A stretch of DNA of 64,000 bases, from positions 8,559 to 72,558 of the forward strand of contig UQUL01000003.1 in the NCBI GenBank assembly GCA_900544235.1. The letters run 5' to 3'. The notes below the pieces were generated by a model, which was not told where the DNA came from, did no database searches, and worked only from the letters and a program-made list of their open reading frames with translations. This document shows, piece by piece, positions 28,075 to 37,933 of this stretch (the first letter of the stretch is position 1; each line of letters starts with the position of its first letter). The DNA comes from an uncultured Collinsella sp. Its GTDB lineage: Bacteria; Actinomycetota; Coriobacteriia; Coriobacteriales; Coriobacteriaceae. The position numbers were made by a program, and so were the translations under genes.

Positions 28075-30072
28075 ATGGCAAAAAACACCGCAAACTATGG
28101 TAACGACAGTATCCGCCAGCTCAAGGACGAGGAGCGCGTTCGTCTGCGCCCCGCCGTTATCTTTGGCTCGGACGGACTTGACGGTTGCGCGCATGCCGCC
28201 TTCGAGATCCTGTCCAACGCCGTTGACGAGGCGCGCCAGGGCTACGGCAAGCTCATCACCCTTACCGCCTTTCGCGATGGCTCCATTCAGGTAGAGGACA
28301 ACGGCCGCGGCTGCCCGCTCGACTGGAACCCTTCCGAGAAACGCTTTAACTGGGAGCTTGTCTTTTGCGAGCTCTACGCCGGCGGCAAGTACAACAACAA
28401 CCAGGGCGGCGACTACGACTTCTCGCTCGGTACCAACGGCCTGGGCTCCTGCGCGACCCAGTATGCCTCCGAGTACATGGACGTCACGGTTTGGCGCGAC
28501 GGCAACAAGTACTCCCTGCACTTTAAAAAGGGCAAGGTCGTCGGCGCCAAAAAGAAGGCACTCGAGATTGAGCCCAGCGACGAGAACCGCACCGGCACCA
28601 CTATCAAGTGGCGCCCCGATCTTGAGGTCTTTACCTCGATCAGCATTCCCCACGAGTGGTATCGCGAGACCATGCGCCGCCAGGCCGTGGTCAACGCCAA
28701 CGTGACCTTCCGCCTGCGTATCGAGGGCGACGATGGCGAGTTTTCCGAAGAGGACTTTTGCTACCCCAAGGGCATCGAGGACTATGTGCTCGAGAAGGTC
28801 GGTGCCGACTACCTCACCGAGCCCTTCTTTATCGAAGCCGACCGTCGCGGTCGCGATCGTGAGGACCTGCCCGACTACAACGTAAAAATCACCGCATGCA
28901 TGTGTTTCTCGCGCACCTTCACGATGCAGGAGTACTACCACAACTCATCGTGGCTCGAGAACGGCGGTTCGCCCGAAAAGGCCGCCCGCAGCGCTCTGAC
29001 CAGCGCCATCGATGCCTACATCAAGAATCAAGGCAAGTACAACAAAAACGAAAGCGGCATTAAGTGGCAAGACGTCCAGGACTGCCTGGTACTTGTGACC
29101 AACTGCTTCTCCACCCAGACGTCCTACGAAAACCAGACCAAGAAAGCCATCAATAACCGCTTTATCCAGCAGGCCATGACGGCCTTCTTTAAGGAGCGCC
29201 TCTCGACCTACTTGATCGAGAACAAGGACGCCGCCAATAAGATCATGGAGCAGGTGCTCATCAACAAGCGCTCGCGCGAGAACGCCGAGAAGACGCGTCA
29301 GAGCATCAAGACCAACCTGCAGCAGAAGACCGACATGGCCAACCGCGTGCAGAAATTCATCGACTGCCGCTCCAAGGACAAGAGCCGTCGCGAGATCTAC
29401 ATCGTAGAGGGCGACTCGGCAGCAGGCGCCATTCGCACGTCGCGCGATGCCGAGTTCCAGGGCGTTATGCCCGTCCGCGGTAAGATCCTCAACTGCCTGA
29501 AGGAGGACTACCCGCGCATCTTTAAGTCCGACATCATCATGGACCTCATGCGCGTGCTGGGCTGCGGCGTGGAAATCAAGGACAAGCGCATCAAGAACCT
29601 CGGTGCCTTTGACCTGGACAACCTCAACTGGAACAAGGTCATCATCTGTACGGACGCCGACGTCGACGGTTATCACATCCGCACGCTCGTGCTCACCATG
29701 CTCTACCGCCTGGTGCCAACGCTTATCGACGAGGGCTACGTGTATATCGCCGAGTCGCCGCTCTACGAGATCAACTGCAAAGAGAAGACCTACTTTGCCT
29801 ACACCGAGCTCGAAAAGAACGGCATCCTCAAGGAGATCGGCGACCAGAAGTGCTCCATCAACCGCTCCAAGGGTCTTGGTGAAAACGACCCGGACATGAT
29901 GTGGCTCACCACCATGAACCCCGAGACGCGCCGCCTGATCAAGGTTGAACCCGAGGACGTTTCCAAGATGGAGACCATGTTCAACCTGTTGCTGGGCAAC
30001 GACGAGGCAGGCCGCAAGCGCCATATCTCCGAGCACGGCAAGGAATACCTGGACCAGCTGGACCTGCAGTAG
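28075..30072 (+). CDS. type IIA DNA topoisomerase subunit B (ParE/GyrB-like)
   Basis: 665 aa with GHKL ATPase, TOPRIM (EGDSAAG) and PLRGKILN-like motifs. The N-terminus (RLRPAVIFGS) is the topo IV-like subtype. Confidence 0.9.
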   Translation: MAKNTANYGNDSIRQLKDEERVRLRPAVIFGSDGLDGCAHAAFEILSNAVDEARQGYGKLITLTAFRDGSIQVEDNGRGCPLDWNPSEKRFNWELVFCELYAGGKYNNNQGGDYDFSLGTNGLGSCATQYASEYMDVTVWRDGNKYSLHFKKGKVVGAKKKALEIEPSDENRTGTTIKWRPDLEVFTSISIPHEWYRETMRRQAVVNANVTFRLRIEGDDGEFSEEDFCYPKGIEDYVLEKVGADYLTEPFFIEADRRGRDREDLPDYNVKITACMCFSRTFTMQEYYHNSSWLENGGSPEKAARSALTSAIDAYIKNQGKYNKNESGIKWQDVQDCLVLVTNCFSTQTSYENQTKKAINNRFIQQAMTAFFKERLSTYLIENKDAANKIMEQVLINKRSRENAEKTRQSIKTNLQQKTDMANRVQKFIDCRSKDKSRREIYIVEGDSAAGAIRTSRDAEFQGVMPVRGKILNCLKEDYPRIFKSDIIMDLMRVLGCGVEIKDKRIKNLGAFDLDNLNWNKVIICTDADVDGYHIRTLVLTMLYRLVPTLIDEGYVYIAESPLYEINCKEKTYFAYTELEKNGILKEIGDQKCSINRSKGLGENDPDMMWLTTMNPETRRLIKVEPEDVSKMETMFNLLLGNDEAGRKRHISEHGKEYLDQLDLQ

Positions 30073-30117
30073 CAGCACATCGATAACGACGGCCCATAAG
30101 AAGTTCAAGAGGATATC

Positions 30118-32358
30118 GTGGCAAAGAAGAAGACGAAGAACCAGCCAAAGAAAAAGCAGGTTAACGCCGAGAACGTCATCGGCCTGCACTCCGAGGTCAC
30201 CGACCAGCCGATCACGCAGACGCTCGAGGTCAACTACATGCCCTACGCCATGAGCGTCAATGTCTCGCGTGCATTCCCCGAGATCGACGGCTTTAAGCCC
30301 TCGCACCGCAAGCTGCTCTATACCATGTACAAGATGGGTCTGCTCAAGGGCGAGCGCCAGAAGAGCGCCAACATCGTGGGTCAGACCATGAAGCTCAACC
30401 CGCACGGCGACGCGGCGATTTACGAGACGATGGTGCGCCTGGCCACCGGCAACGAGGCGCTGCTCGCCCCCTTCGTGGAGTCGAAGGGCAACTTTGGCAA
30501 GTATTATTCGGGCGACCTGAGCTACGCCGCCTCGCGTTACACCGAGGCCAAGCTCTCCCCCATCAGCGCCGAGATCTTCAAGGACATCGATAAGGATCCG
30601 GTCGACTTCGTCGACAGCTACGACGGCGCCATGAAGGAGCCGCGTCTGTTGCCCACCACATTCCCCAACATCCTTGTCTCGGCCAATAAGGGCATCGGCG
30701 TCGCCATGGCGTCCGACATCTGTGGCTTCAACCTCAACGAGGTCTGCACCGCCACGATGCACTACCTCAAGGATCCCGACTGCGACCTGCTCGAGTACAT
30801 GCCCATGCCCGACTTCTCGACCGGCGGCGAAATTATCTACCGCCGCGAGGAGATGGAAAAGATTATCGAGACCGGTCTTGGCAGCTTCCAGATTCGCTCC
30901 CGCTGGCGCTGGATTCCCGAAGAGCGCATCATCGAGGTCTACGAGATCCCCTACACCACCAAGACCGATGTCATCATCGAGCGCATCGTCAAGCTCTCCA
31001 AAGAGGGCAAGGTCAAGGAGATCGCAGACATCCGCGACGAGACCGACCTTTCGGGTCTGCGCATCGCTATCGACCTTAAGCGCGGTGTCGACCCCGACAA
31101 GCTCATGGCCAAGCTCTATCGCTCGACCACGCTGCAGGATTCGTTCTCGTGCAACTTCAACGTGTTGGTCGATGGTTACCCTCGCGTTATGGGCGTGCGC
31201 CAGATCCTGCACGAGTGGGTCAAGTGGCGTATTGAGTCCACGCGTCGCCGCATTAACTTTGACCTGGGCAAAAAGTCCGAGCGCCTGCACCTGCTGCACG
31301 GCCTCGAGGCGATCCTGCTCGATATCGACAAGGCCATCGCCATCATCCGCGGTACCAAGCTCGAAGCCGAGGTCGTGCCCAACCTTATGAAGGGTTTCGA
31401 TATCGACGAGACCCAGGCCGAGTTTGTTGCCGAACTTAAGCTCCGCAACATCAACGAGGAGTACATTCTCAACCGCACCAAGGATATCGCCAAGCTCGAG
31501 GGCGAGATTGCCGAGCTTGAGGAGATTCTCTCCAGCGAGGAGAACATCAAGAAGGTCATCAGCGACGAGCTGGCCGCGGTCAACAAGAAGTACGTGATGC
31601 CGCGCCGCACGGGCAGGATCGAGCCCCACGAGGTCATCGAGGTAAGCTTGGAGCCCGAGGTCGAGGAGTACCCGGTCACCATCATGCTCTCGCGCGACGG
31701 CTACCTTAAGAAGATGACGGACCGCGTACTCAAGAAGGCGACCACGCTCAAGTACAAGGACGGCGACAAACCCTTTATCGAGTTCCCGTCCTCCAACACG
31801 CACGAGCTGCTCGTGTTTACCAACAAGAGCCAGGTGTACAAGTGCAAGGTTGCGGCGTTTGAGGACACCAAGTCGGCCCAGCTGGGCTCGTACCTGCCCA
31901 CCGATCTTGAGATGGAACCCGACGAGAGCGTGATCTGGGTCATCGACCCCGAGGACTACAAGGCCGACGTGCTGTTTGTCTTTGAGAACGGCCGCGCGGT
32001 GCGCGTCGCACTTGCCGGATACGTTACCAAGACCAACCGCAAGCGCCTCAAGAACGCCATCTACGGCGGCAGCAAGCTGCTATATGCCCAGGTGCTCAAG
32101 GAGGACCGCGACATCGCGCTGGTCTCGAGCGACTATCGCCTGATGAACTTCAACACGTCGCTGCTCAAAACCAAGACGACCACCAACACGCAGGGCGTCC
32201 AGGCCTTTACGGCCAAGAAGGGCCGCTCGGTCACCACCGTCGGCACGACCGAGGAGATTCTTGGCGCCGGCGTCTCGGCCGAAAAGTTCACCGCACAGAG
32301 TCTGCCCTCCGCCGGTGCCCTCATGAAGGAAAACGACATGCCGAGCCTGTTTGACTAG
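30118..32358 (+). CDS. type IIA DNA topoisomerase subunit A (ParC/GyrA-like)
   Basis: 746 aa. Carries GFKPSHRKLLY, the catalytic-Tyr region AASRYTEAKL, and C-terminal beta-pinwheel repeats. Confidence 0.9.
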   Translation: MAKKKTKNQPKKKQVNAENVIGLHSEVTDQPITQTLEVNYMPYAMSVNVSRAFPEIDGFKPSHRKLLYTMYKMGLLKGERQKSANIVGQTMKLNPHGDAAIYETMVRLATGNEALLAPFVESKGNFGKYYSGDLSYAASRYTEAKLSPISAEIFKDIDKDPVDFVDSYDGAMKEPRLLPTTFPNILVSANKGIGVAMASDICGFNLNEVCTATMHYLKDPDCDLLEYMPMPDFSTGGEIIYRREEMEKIIETGLGSFQIRSRWRWIPEERIIEVYEIPYTTKTDVIIERIVKLSKEGKVKEIADIRDETDLSGLRIAIDLKRGVDPDKLMAKLYRSTTLQDSFSCNFNVLVDGYPRVMGVRQILHEWVKWRIESTRRRINFDLGKKSERLHLLHGLEAILLDIDKAIAIIRGTKLEAEVVPNLMKGFDIDETQAEFVAELKLRNINEEYILNRTKDIAKLEGEIAELEEILSSEENIKKVISDELAAVNKKYVMPRRTGRIEPHEVIEVSLEPEVEEYPVTIMLSRDGYLKKMTDRVLKKATTLKYKDGDKPFIEFPSSNTHELLVFTNKSQVYKCKVAAFEDTKSAQLGSYLPTDLEMEPDESVIWVIDPEDYKADVLFVFENGRAVRVALAGYVTKTNRKRLKNAIYGGSKLLYAQVLKEDRDIALVSSDYRLMNFNTSLLKTKTTTNTQGVQAFTAKKGRSVTTVGTTEEILGAGVSAEKFTAQSLPSAGALMKENDMPSLFD

Positions 32359-32395
32359 GTACCACGGCAACGAGACCGTTAGATACTTCGCAAAG

Positions 32396-32450
32396 CGACG
32401 AGGCCCGGAACGCAACGGCATTGCGCCCGGGACTCGTCGTTTTTCTTCTC
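32396..32450 (+). terminator. rho-independent terminator of the topoisomerase operon
   Basis: CGACGAGGCCCGG ... CCGGGACTCGTCG followed by TTTTTCTTCTC. Confidence 0.7.
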
Positions 32451-32540
32451 AACTATTTTTAACGCAGATAAATTGATTTCTGCTTATTTTTCTGCGTAAA
32501 AAATGTCAGCGCCACTGCTTCGATGCCCTTTGGTCAGTCG

Positions 32541-32597
32541 TTAGCAAAACTTGCAAAAGTTAGCAAAACTTGCAAAAATTAGCAAAACTTGCAAAGG
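32541..32597 (+). repeat. three tandem 19-bp direct repeats (six phased GCAAAA tracts)
   Basis: TTAGCAAAACTTGCAAAAG / TTAGCAAAACTTGCAAAAA / TTAGCAAAACTTGCAAAGG. The last copy runs into the RBS of the ATPase gene. An AT-rich tract lies immediately upstream. Confidence 0.85.
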
Positions 32598-32604
32598 AGC
32601 TACC

Positions 32605-33699
32605 ATGGAGTACAGCAAGAACCCCTTTACCCCGACGTTCGGAAGCGTCCCTCCCTTTCTAGCGGGTCGCGAGCATATCCTGCGTGACATCAACCGTGGC
32701 TTTATCAACGGCCCGGGAGATCCCAACCTGTCAACCATTTTTACGGGCGCAAGGGGAACGGGCAAGACGGCGCTTCTCTCGCTCCTTTCAGAAACGGCGC
32801 TTGAACACGGCTGGATCGCAGCAAATGTCTCCGCCATGCCAGGCATGCTCGAAGATATTATCGAGCGAACCAAAGAAGCCGCAGATAGCTACCTCTCACA
32901 GCCTCACGCGCGCATAAACGGTGTTCAAATTGGCCCAGTGGGCATCGATTGGACATATGCTCAAGAGGCTCAGGGCAACTGGCGCACGCGCATGAATGGC
33001 ATCTTTAAGCAACTCGAAAAACATGACATCGGACTTCTCATCACCATCGATGAAGTCACCGTCGATCTCGAAGAAATGCTTCAATTTGCCTCTGTTTACC
33101 AGCACTTTGTACGCGAAGGTAAAAAAGTTGCCCTACTCATGGCAGGACTGCCCTACAAAGTATCGGCGTTGCTGCGCAACGATTCCGTCTCGTTCCTTAG
33201 GCGTTCCCAATATCATCAGTTGGGACGAATCACTGACGTTGAAATTGCAAACGCATTCCGCAAAACCGTTGAGGCCGGAGGCCGCTCAATCACGCCAGAA
33301 GCGCTCGAGGATGCCGTGAAGGCCGTCGACGGATTTCCCTATATGATGCAGCTCGTCGGATATCGCACATGGGATGTTTCGGAGAACTCGCCCAAAATCA
33401 GTGCACCTGATGTACAGCAGGGTTCTCTGCTTGCCCGCATGGAGCTGCGCGATCGAATTCTCGAAACTACCTATCGGGAGCTTTCCGATAAAGACATTGA
33501 GTTTTTGCTCGCGATGCTGCCCGATTCTGGCCCCAGCAGGGTCTCGGAGATAGCCAAACGCATGGGCGTCGCCAGCAACTACGCAAGCCAATACAAACGC
33601 CGCCTCCTGGAGGACGGCGTCATTGGAGAGCGCGGGCGTGGTCTCGTTGGCTTTGACATTCCCGCGTTCAGGGAATTCTTGAACGAGAAGGCGTTTTAG
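32605..33699 (+). CDS. AAA+ ATPase (Orc1/Cdc6- or archaeal-ATPase-like) with C-terminal winged-helix domain
   Basis: Walker A GARGTGKT and Walker B LLITIDEV. C-terminal MarR-like wHTH (SRVSEIAKRMGVASNYASQYKRRLLEDGVI). Start re-picked at ATG 32605 (RBS AAGGAG). Confidence 0.75.
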   Translation: MEYSKNPFTPTFGSVPPFLAGREHILRDINRGFINGPGDPNLSTIFTGARGTGKTALLSLLSETALEHGWIAANVSAMPGMLEDIIERTKEAADSYLSQPHARINGVQIGPVGIDWTYAQEAQGNWRTRMNGIFKQLEKHDIGLLITIDEVTVDLEEMLQFASVYQHFVREGKKVALLMAGLPYKVSALLRNDSVSFLRRSQYHQLGRITDVEIANAFRKTVEAGGRSITPEALEDAVKAVDGFPYMMQLVGYRTWDVSENSPKISAPDVQQGSLLARMELRDRILETTYRELSDKDIEFLLAMLPDSGPSRVSEIAKRMGVASNYASQYKRRLLEDGVIGERGRGLVGFDIPAFREFLNEKAF

Positions 33700-33808
33700 C
33701 ACGCCGGAATTGTCCGCGGAAGCATCAACGCATGGCAATCAGCATTCCTCTTGGTAAGGATAGCAAGCATTTTCCACCAACACCGATTGCCATGCGCTCC
33801 TCTTGTCC

Positions 33809-34339
33809 TTAGGCGAGCTTGCGAGCGAGCTCTCGCACCTCTTCCAACTTGGACGACGATGCCATGCTGTCGCGCTCGGTCATACCGCTGATGGTGATAA
33901 TGCCCTGGTCCTCCCACTTGCAGTACGCGCATGTGGACTTGTACATAGCGATAGCCGCATCATAGACGCCCTCGCTGTGGCTATCGAGCAAAAGGGCCGT
34001 CTTGGTGAACGGGAAGCCCGTGGCACCGAAGGCGTACAGGCGGTCGATGGCGGCCTTCTCCTGCGCAGTGATATCAAACCAGTAGATAGGCGAAGCGAAG
34101 ACAACCATGTCGGCGCCTTTCAGCGGCTCGATCACGTCGGCCATGTCATCCTTCTGCACGCAAGTGCCCTCATGGGCAAAGCAGTACTGACACCCCAGGC
34201 AGCCGGCGATCTTCTTGCCGGCAACGCGGACGACCTCGACTGTATGGCCGGCCTCGCGCGCGGTCTCGGCAAACGCCTCGACCATGGTGTCGGTATTGGC
34301 GCCCTTGCGCGGGCTACCACTCAATACAACGATATTCAT
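33809..34339 (-). CDS. flavodoxin-family NAD(P)H-dependent FMN reductase
   Basis: MNIVVLSGSPRKGANTD and CLGCQYC motifs; 176 aa. Confidence 0.8.
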   Translation of the reverse strand: MNIVVLSGSPRKGANTDTMVEAFAETAREAGHTVEVVRVAGKKIAGCLGCQYCFAHEGTCVQKDDMADVIEPLKGADMVVFASPIYWFDITAQEKAAIDRLYAFGATGFPFTKTALLLDSHSEGVYDAAIAMYKSTCAYCKWEDQGIITISGMTERDSMASSSKLEEVRELARKLA

Positions 34340-34487
34340 AGGATTCCCCCTTCTTCATGCCGCAGCCGCGCGGCATATTATTATGTTTTAACCAAAACGT
34401 ATGGAGTTATTCAATCGCCTCGTTTCAGCTACTCCCGCTCTTTAGAAGAATCGTTGCTGGAAGCTTGGCATTGAATCGAGGCACGCC

Positions 34488-35459
34488 TTATTTCAGGAAT
34501 TCCTCAAAGAATGCCTTCAGCTTTCCAAACGGAATGATGTCCATCTGATCGTAAAGGTCGGTGTGGCTGGCACCGGGGATAATGAGCAATTCCTTGTTGT
34601 TCCCGGTCAGCTTGCCGTACGCGGTTTCGCTGAAATAGCGGGAGTGTGCCTTCTCGCCATGCACCAGCAACACAGCAGAGCGGATTTCGCTGCTATATTG
34701 CAAAACCGGCATATTCAAAAAGGACAGCGAGGACGTCACATTCCAGCCACCGTTGGAGTTCAGGCTGCGGGGATGGTAGCCTCGCGGAGTCTTGTAGTAG
34801 GCGTAATAGTCCGCTATAAACTGCGGCGCATCCTCCGGCAGCGGATCGACCACGCCGCCCGCCAGCGTATAACTGCCGTTTTTATAGTCCTCGGTGCGCT
34901 GCGCGTTCAGCACTTTCCGCTTTTCAAAGCGCGCCTGCTCGGAATCCTCGGCGTCAAAATAGCCGTTGGCGGTCACACGGGTCATGTCGTACATGGTCAT
35001 AGCCGCGGTAGCTTTGATACGAGTGTCGATGGCCGCCGCATTGACTGCCATGCCGCCCCAACCGCAGATACCGATGATGCCGATGCGCTTTGGATCGACG
35101 TTTTCCTGTACCGAGAGGAAGTCCACCGCTGCGCAGAAGTCCTCGGTGTTGATGTCCGGAGATGCTACATAGCGGGGCGTACCGCCGCTCTCACCGGTAT
35201 AGGACGGGTCAAAGGCAATTGTGAAAAAGCCCAGCTCCGCCATTTTCTGCGCGTACAGACCGGAAGACTGCTCCTTCACCGCGCCAAACGGACCGCTGAC
35301 GGCGATAGCGGGCAGCTTGCCTTCCGCGTTCTTCGGCACGTAGACGTCGGCCGCCAGCGTGATGCCGTATCGATTGTGGAAGGTCACCTTGCTGTGCTCG
35401 ACCTTGTCGTTTTTGGGGAACACCTTGTCCCATTCCTGCGTCAGTTTCAACTGCTCCAT
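34488..35459 (-). CDS. alpha/beta hydrolase (Cys-nucleophile, dienelactone-hydrolase-like)
   Basis: 323 aa. GICGWGG nucleophile elbow. Confidence 0.8.
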   Translation of the reverse strand: MEQLKLTQEWDKVFPKNDKVEHSKVTFHNRYGITLAADVYVPKNAEGKLPAIAVSGPFGAVKEQSSGLYAQKMAELGFFTIAFDPSYTGESGGTPRYVASPDINTEDFCAAVDFLSVQENVDPKRIGIIGICGWGGMAVNAAAIDTRIKATAAMTMYDMTRVTANGYFDAEDSEQARFEKRKVLNAQRTEDYKNGSYTLAGGVVDPLPEDAPQFIADYYAYYKTPRGYHPRSLNSNGGWNVTSSLSFLNMPVLQYSSEIRSAVLLVHGEKAHSRYFSETAYGKLTGNNKELLIIPGASHTDLYDQMDIIPFGKLKAFFEEFLK

Positions 35460-35461
35460 GC

Positions 35462-36227
35462 CTAAGCCTCCTTGTCAGTCGCTTTAAGGTATTGCTCGTC
35501 GTCCACGGGCTCCAACCACTCGTTGGAGGTCTCCTCACCCGGAACTTCCACCGCGAGATGGGAGAACCAGCTGTCAGGCGCCGCACCGTGCCAGTGCTTT
35601 ACGCCCGCGGGAATATTTACCACGTCGCCAGGATGCAGCTCCTGTGCCGATTTGCCCCATTCCTGGTAAAACCCTCGACCGGCCACGCAGATGAGGATCT
35701 GTCCGCCACCGCTTTTGGCGTGATGAACGTGCCAGTTGTTGCGGCAGCCGGGCTCGAACGTCACGTTGTAGACGCCGACCTGCTCGGTGGAAAGGGGCGC
35801 GAGGTAGCTTTGCCCGATAAAGTACTTCGCAAATGCGTCGTTGGGGGGCACCGATGGGAAAGGCCATCTCGTTTTGATGCTTGGCTCTTGCATCAGCGGC
35901 ATCGCTATCCGCCCAGACCTCCTTCGCCATGCGGAAGGCCGCCCACGCCTTGGGCCATCCCGCGTAAAACGCCGCGTGCGTAATGATTTCCGCTATCTCC
36001 GCCCTGGTCACCCCGTTGTTCTTTGCGGACATCAGATGATATTGGAACGAGGAGTCCGTCAGCCCCTGCGCCATCAGGGCAACCACCGTCACTATGCTGC
36101 GGTCGCGCAAGGAAAGCTCGCCCTCTCGGCTCCACACCTCGCCGAACAGCACGTCGTCGTTGAGCTGTGCGAATTTGGGGGCAAAGTCCCCCAGGGCATC
36201 CCTGCCCGCTGTCTGCTTAATTGCCAT
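35462..36227 (-). pseudogene. carboxymuconolactone-decarboxylase (CMD) + cupin fusion gene interrupted by a +1 frameshift
   Basis: The CMD frame (from ATG 36227, RBS GGAGG) reads ...MAFPIGAP and then Arg-rich nonsense. The cupin frame reads ...PPNDAFAKYFIGQSYL to the stop at 35462. Removing one base of the G6/C6 run at 35843..35848 joins them as FPIGAPNDAFAKYF. Confidence 0.7.
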
Positions 36228-36441
36228 GATCGATTTCCTCCCGTCGATGGTTCTGAACACGAATCTGCTTACGCGCGGCCAAGTGGCCCGCCTAGATTCC
36301 CATGTCCATTTGTCGCGCTTGCTCAAGAGCAGGATGCCCAGCGATTTCGCCTACGCCGTTCACGCCGCCGGCGAAAACCGTTTTGCCCATTACGGACCAC
36401 CCCTTGCGCTACCGATTTGTATTGACGAGAATGAAGGTAAT

Positions 36442-36461
36442 ACCTAAACCTGACTTTAGGT
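36442..36461. promoter_or_regulatory. candidate MerR operator
   Basis: ACCTAAA-N6-TTTAGGT inverted repeat in the divergent intergenic region, overlapping a TTGACC -35-like hexamer on the minus strand. Confidence 0.4.
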
Positions 36462-36495
36462 CAAGGAATGAATTCGAGATTTATTCGGAGGGGCC

Positions 36496-36936
36496 ATGTA
36501 CACAATCGGACAAGTGGCGGATATGTTCGGTCTGCCCGTTTCCACGCTGCGCTATTACGACAAGCAGGGATTGTTCCCGGAATTGGAACGGACGTCCGGC
36601 ATTCGCCGATTCGGCGATACGGAACTCGAGGCGCTTCGGGTCATCGAATGCCTGAAGAAGGCTGGAATGGAGATTAAGGACATCCGACTGTTCATGGAAT
36701 GGTGCGCGGAGGGCCCATCGACATATCCCAAGCGCAAGGCCATGTTTGAGGAGCGAAAGGCCCACATGGAGTCGGAGATCGCGAACATGAACCGTGCGCT
36801 GGATATGCTGAGGTTCAAATGCTGGTACTACGAGCAGGCGATCCAAGATGGCAACGAGGATAGAGTGAAGGCGCTGATTCCCGACAATTTGCCGGAAGAG
36901 ATCAAAGAAGTCTACGAGAACGCCCACGCTCGATAA
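36496..36936 (+). CDS. MerR-family transcriptional regulator
   Basis: MYTIGQVADMFGLPVSTLRYYDKQGL plus a coiled-coil dimerisation helix. Confidence 0.9.
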   Translation: MYTIGQVADMFGLPVSTLRYYDKQGLFPELERTSGIRRFGDTELEALRVIECLKKAGMEIKDIRLFMEWCAEGPSTYPKRKAMFEERKAHMESEIANMNRALDMLRFKCWYYEQAIQDGNEDRVKALIPDNLPEEIKEVYENAHAR

Positions 36937-36948
36937 TGCCGACCGATC

Positions 36949-37200
36949 TCAAGGGAATTCGGTGAGGAGTCCTCTTCGGTTAGTGATGTACTTCTTCCCC
37001 TTGATGTCGTAGCGCTTCGCCTCATAGAAGGCGAAAGCGTCGCGGAGGTACGAGATATAGCGCCCGACGGTGACGTGGTTGGTGGGAACCCTGTTGGCGT
37101 CGAGGACGTTGGCGATGTTGTTGGGCGAGTTGAGGTTGCCGGAGTTGTCCATCATGTACTCGGCCAGCCTCTCCAACACGGTGGAGTCGGTACGTATTGC
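36949..37200 (-). pseudogene. internal fragment of a DUF4143-type AAA ATPase gene
   Basis: LERLAEYMMDNSGNLNSPNNIANVL...YEAKRYDIKGKKY matches the DUF4143 region only. There is no ATPase domain and no proper start. Confidence 0.6.
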
Positions 37201-37225
37201 GGTCTACCCAAGCCATAATCCACTC

Positions 37226-37274
37226 CTTCTCTGTTTCGAAACTCGATTATTTCTAAAGTTTCGAAACCGAGAAG
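37226..37274. repeat. 18-bp inverted repeat containing TTTCGAAA cores
   Basis: CTTCTCTGTTTCGAAACT (37226..37243) versus AGTTTCGAAACCGAGAAG (37257..37274), one mismatch. Confidence 0.6.
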
Positions 37275-37438
37275 GCAATGTGCACAAGGATGCATCGAGG
37301 AGCGAATCCCAGTAGCGCCATGCCAGCAGCGATGCCGGGCGCATTCGCACGTGCTACAATCCAACCACCAGAGATGAAAACACAGTCCCCGTCGGGTAGT
37401 CGTGGGCGTGCGCTAGTCCGTATCAGTAACCGGCCTCC

Positions 37439-37729
37439 TTGGTTGTCCCTTCTCTGCATGGAAGCGAATGGGAGAAGCTCTCGTTCTTCGGCGACAAGGC
37501 CACTGAAACAAGCAAGCCCGCGAAGAACCCCAAGCGGCGCGCTCGCGAGGCGGCGAAAGCACTTAAGCGGCCCGCGGTGAGCACCAAGGCGCAGCAGGCG
37601 CTCTCGAATCAGCGGGAGACGATGAAGCGGGAGTCGGCTCATGCAAGAAGCCAGCGTCGCGCGGATGAGGCGGAGGCGCGCTTCGAGCAGCGAAAGCTGA
37701 AGCGCAAGCAGAAACATCGCGGGCATTGA
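37439..37729 (+). pseudogene. C-terminal remnant of a DUF2992/YjdF-like gene
   Basis: Ends ...STKAQQALSNQRE...RKLKRKQKHRGH, the characteristic basic tail of that family as I remember it. The upstream N-terminal region is broken by stops. Confidence 0.4.
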
Positions 37730-37933
37730 TCGCTATTTGCAGCAAGGCAAACCATATACAGCAGCGGCGCCAGCTCCACTTGAAGCCGACGCCGCGTAGA
37801 CGCTGATGGTGACGGCTATGCACGGGCACGGGCGCGCCGGCGCACCTCATGGCCTGCTTCTCGGGTATTTGGGGCACGCGGCGTTCGAAAATGCGGAGCG
37901 ACTCCGCATGGCTCGAGACTGAGCCGAGGTGCC

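Noticed and set aside
27718-28941. 407-aa minus-strand ORF over the start of the topoisomerase B gene
   Set aside because: Shadow ORF with no recognisable motifs. It overlaps a confidently called gene.
28945-31803. 952-aa minus-strand ORF spanning both topoisomerase genes
   Set aside because: It crosses the intergenic gap between two unmistakable + strand topoisomerase subunits. Its Leu/Val/Asp/Gly-rich composition marks it as a shadow ORF.
32541-32597. Possible CRISPR array
   Set aside because: The three 19-bp units are directly abutting with no spacers, the units are too short, and no cas genes are nearby. Treated as iteron/operator-type repeats instead.
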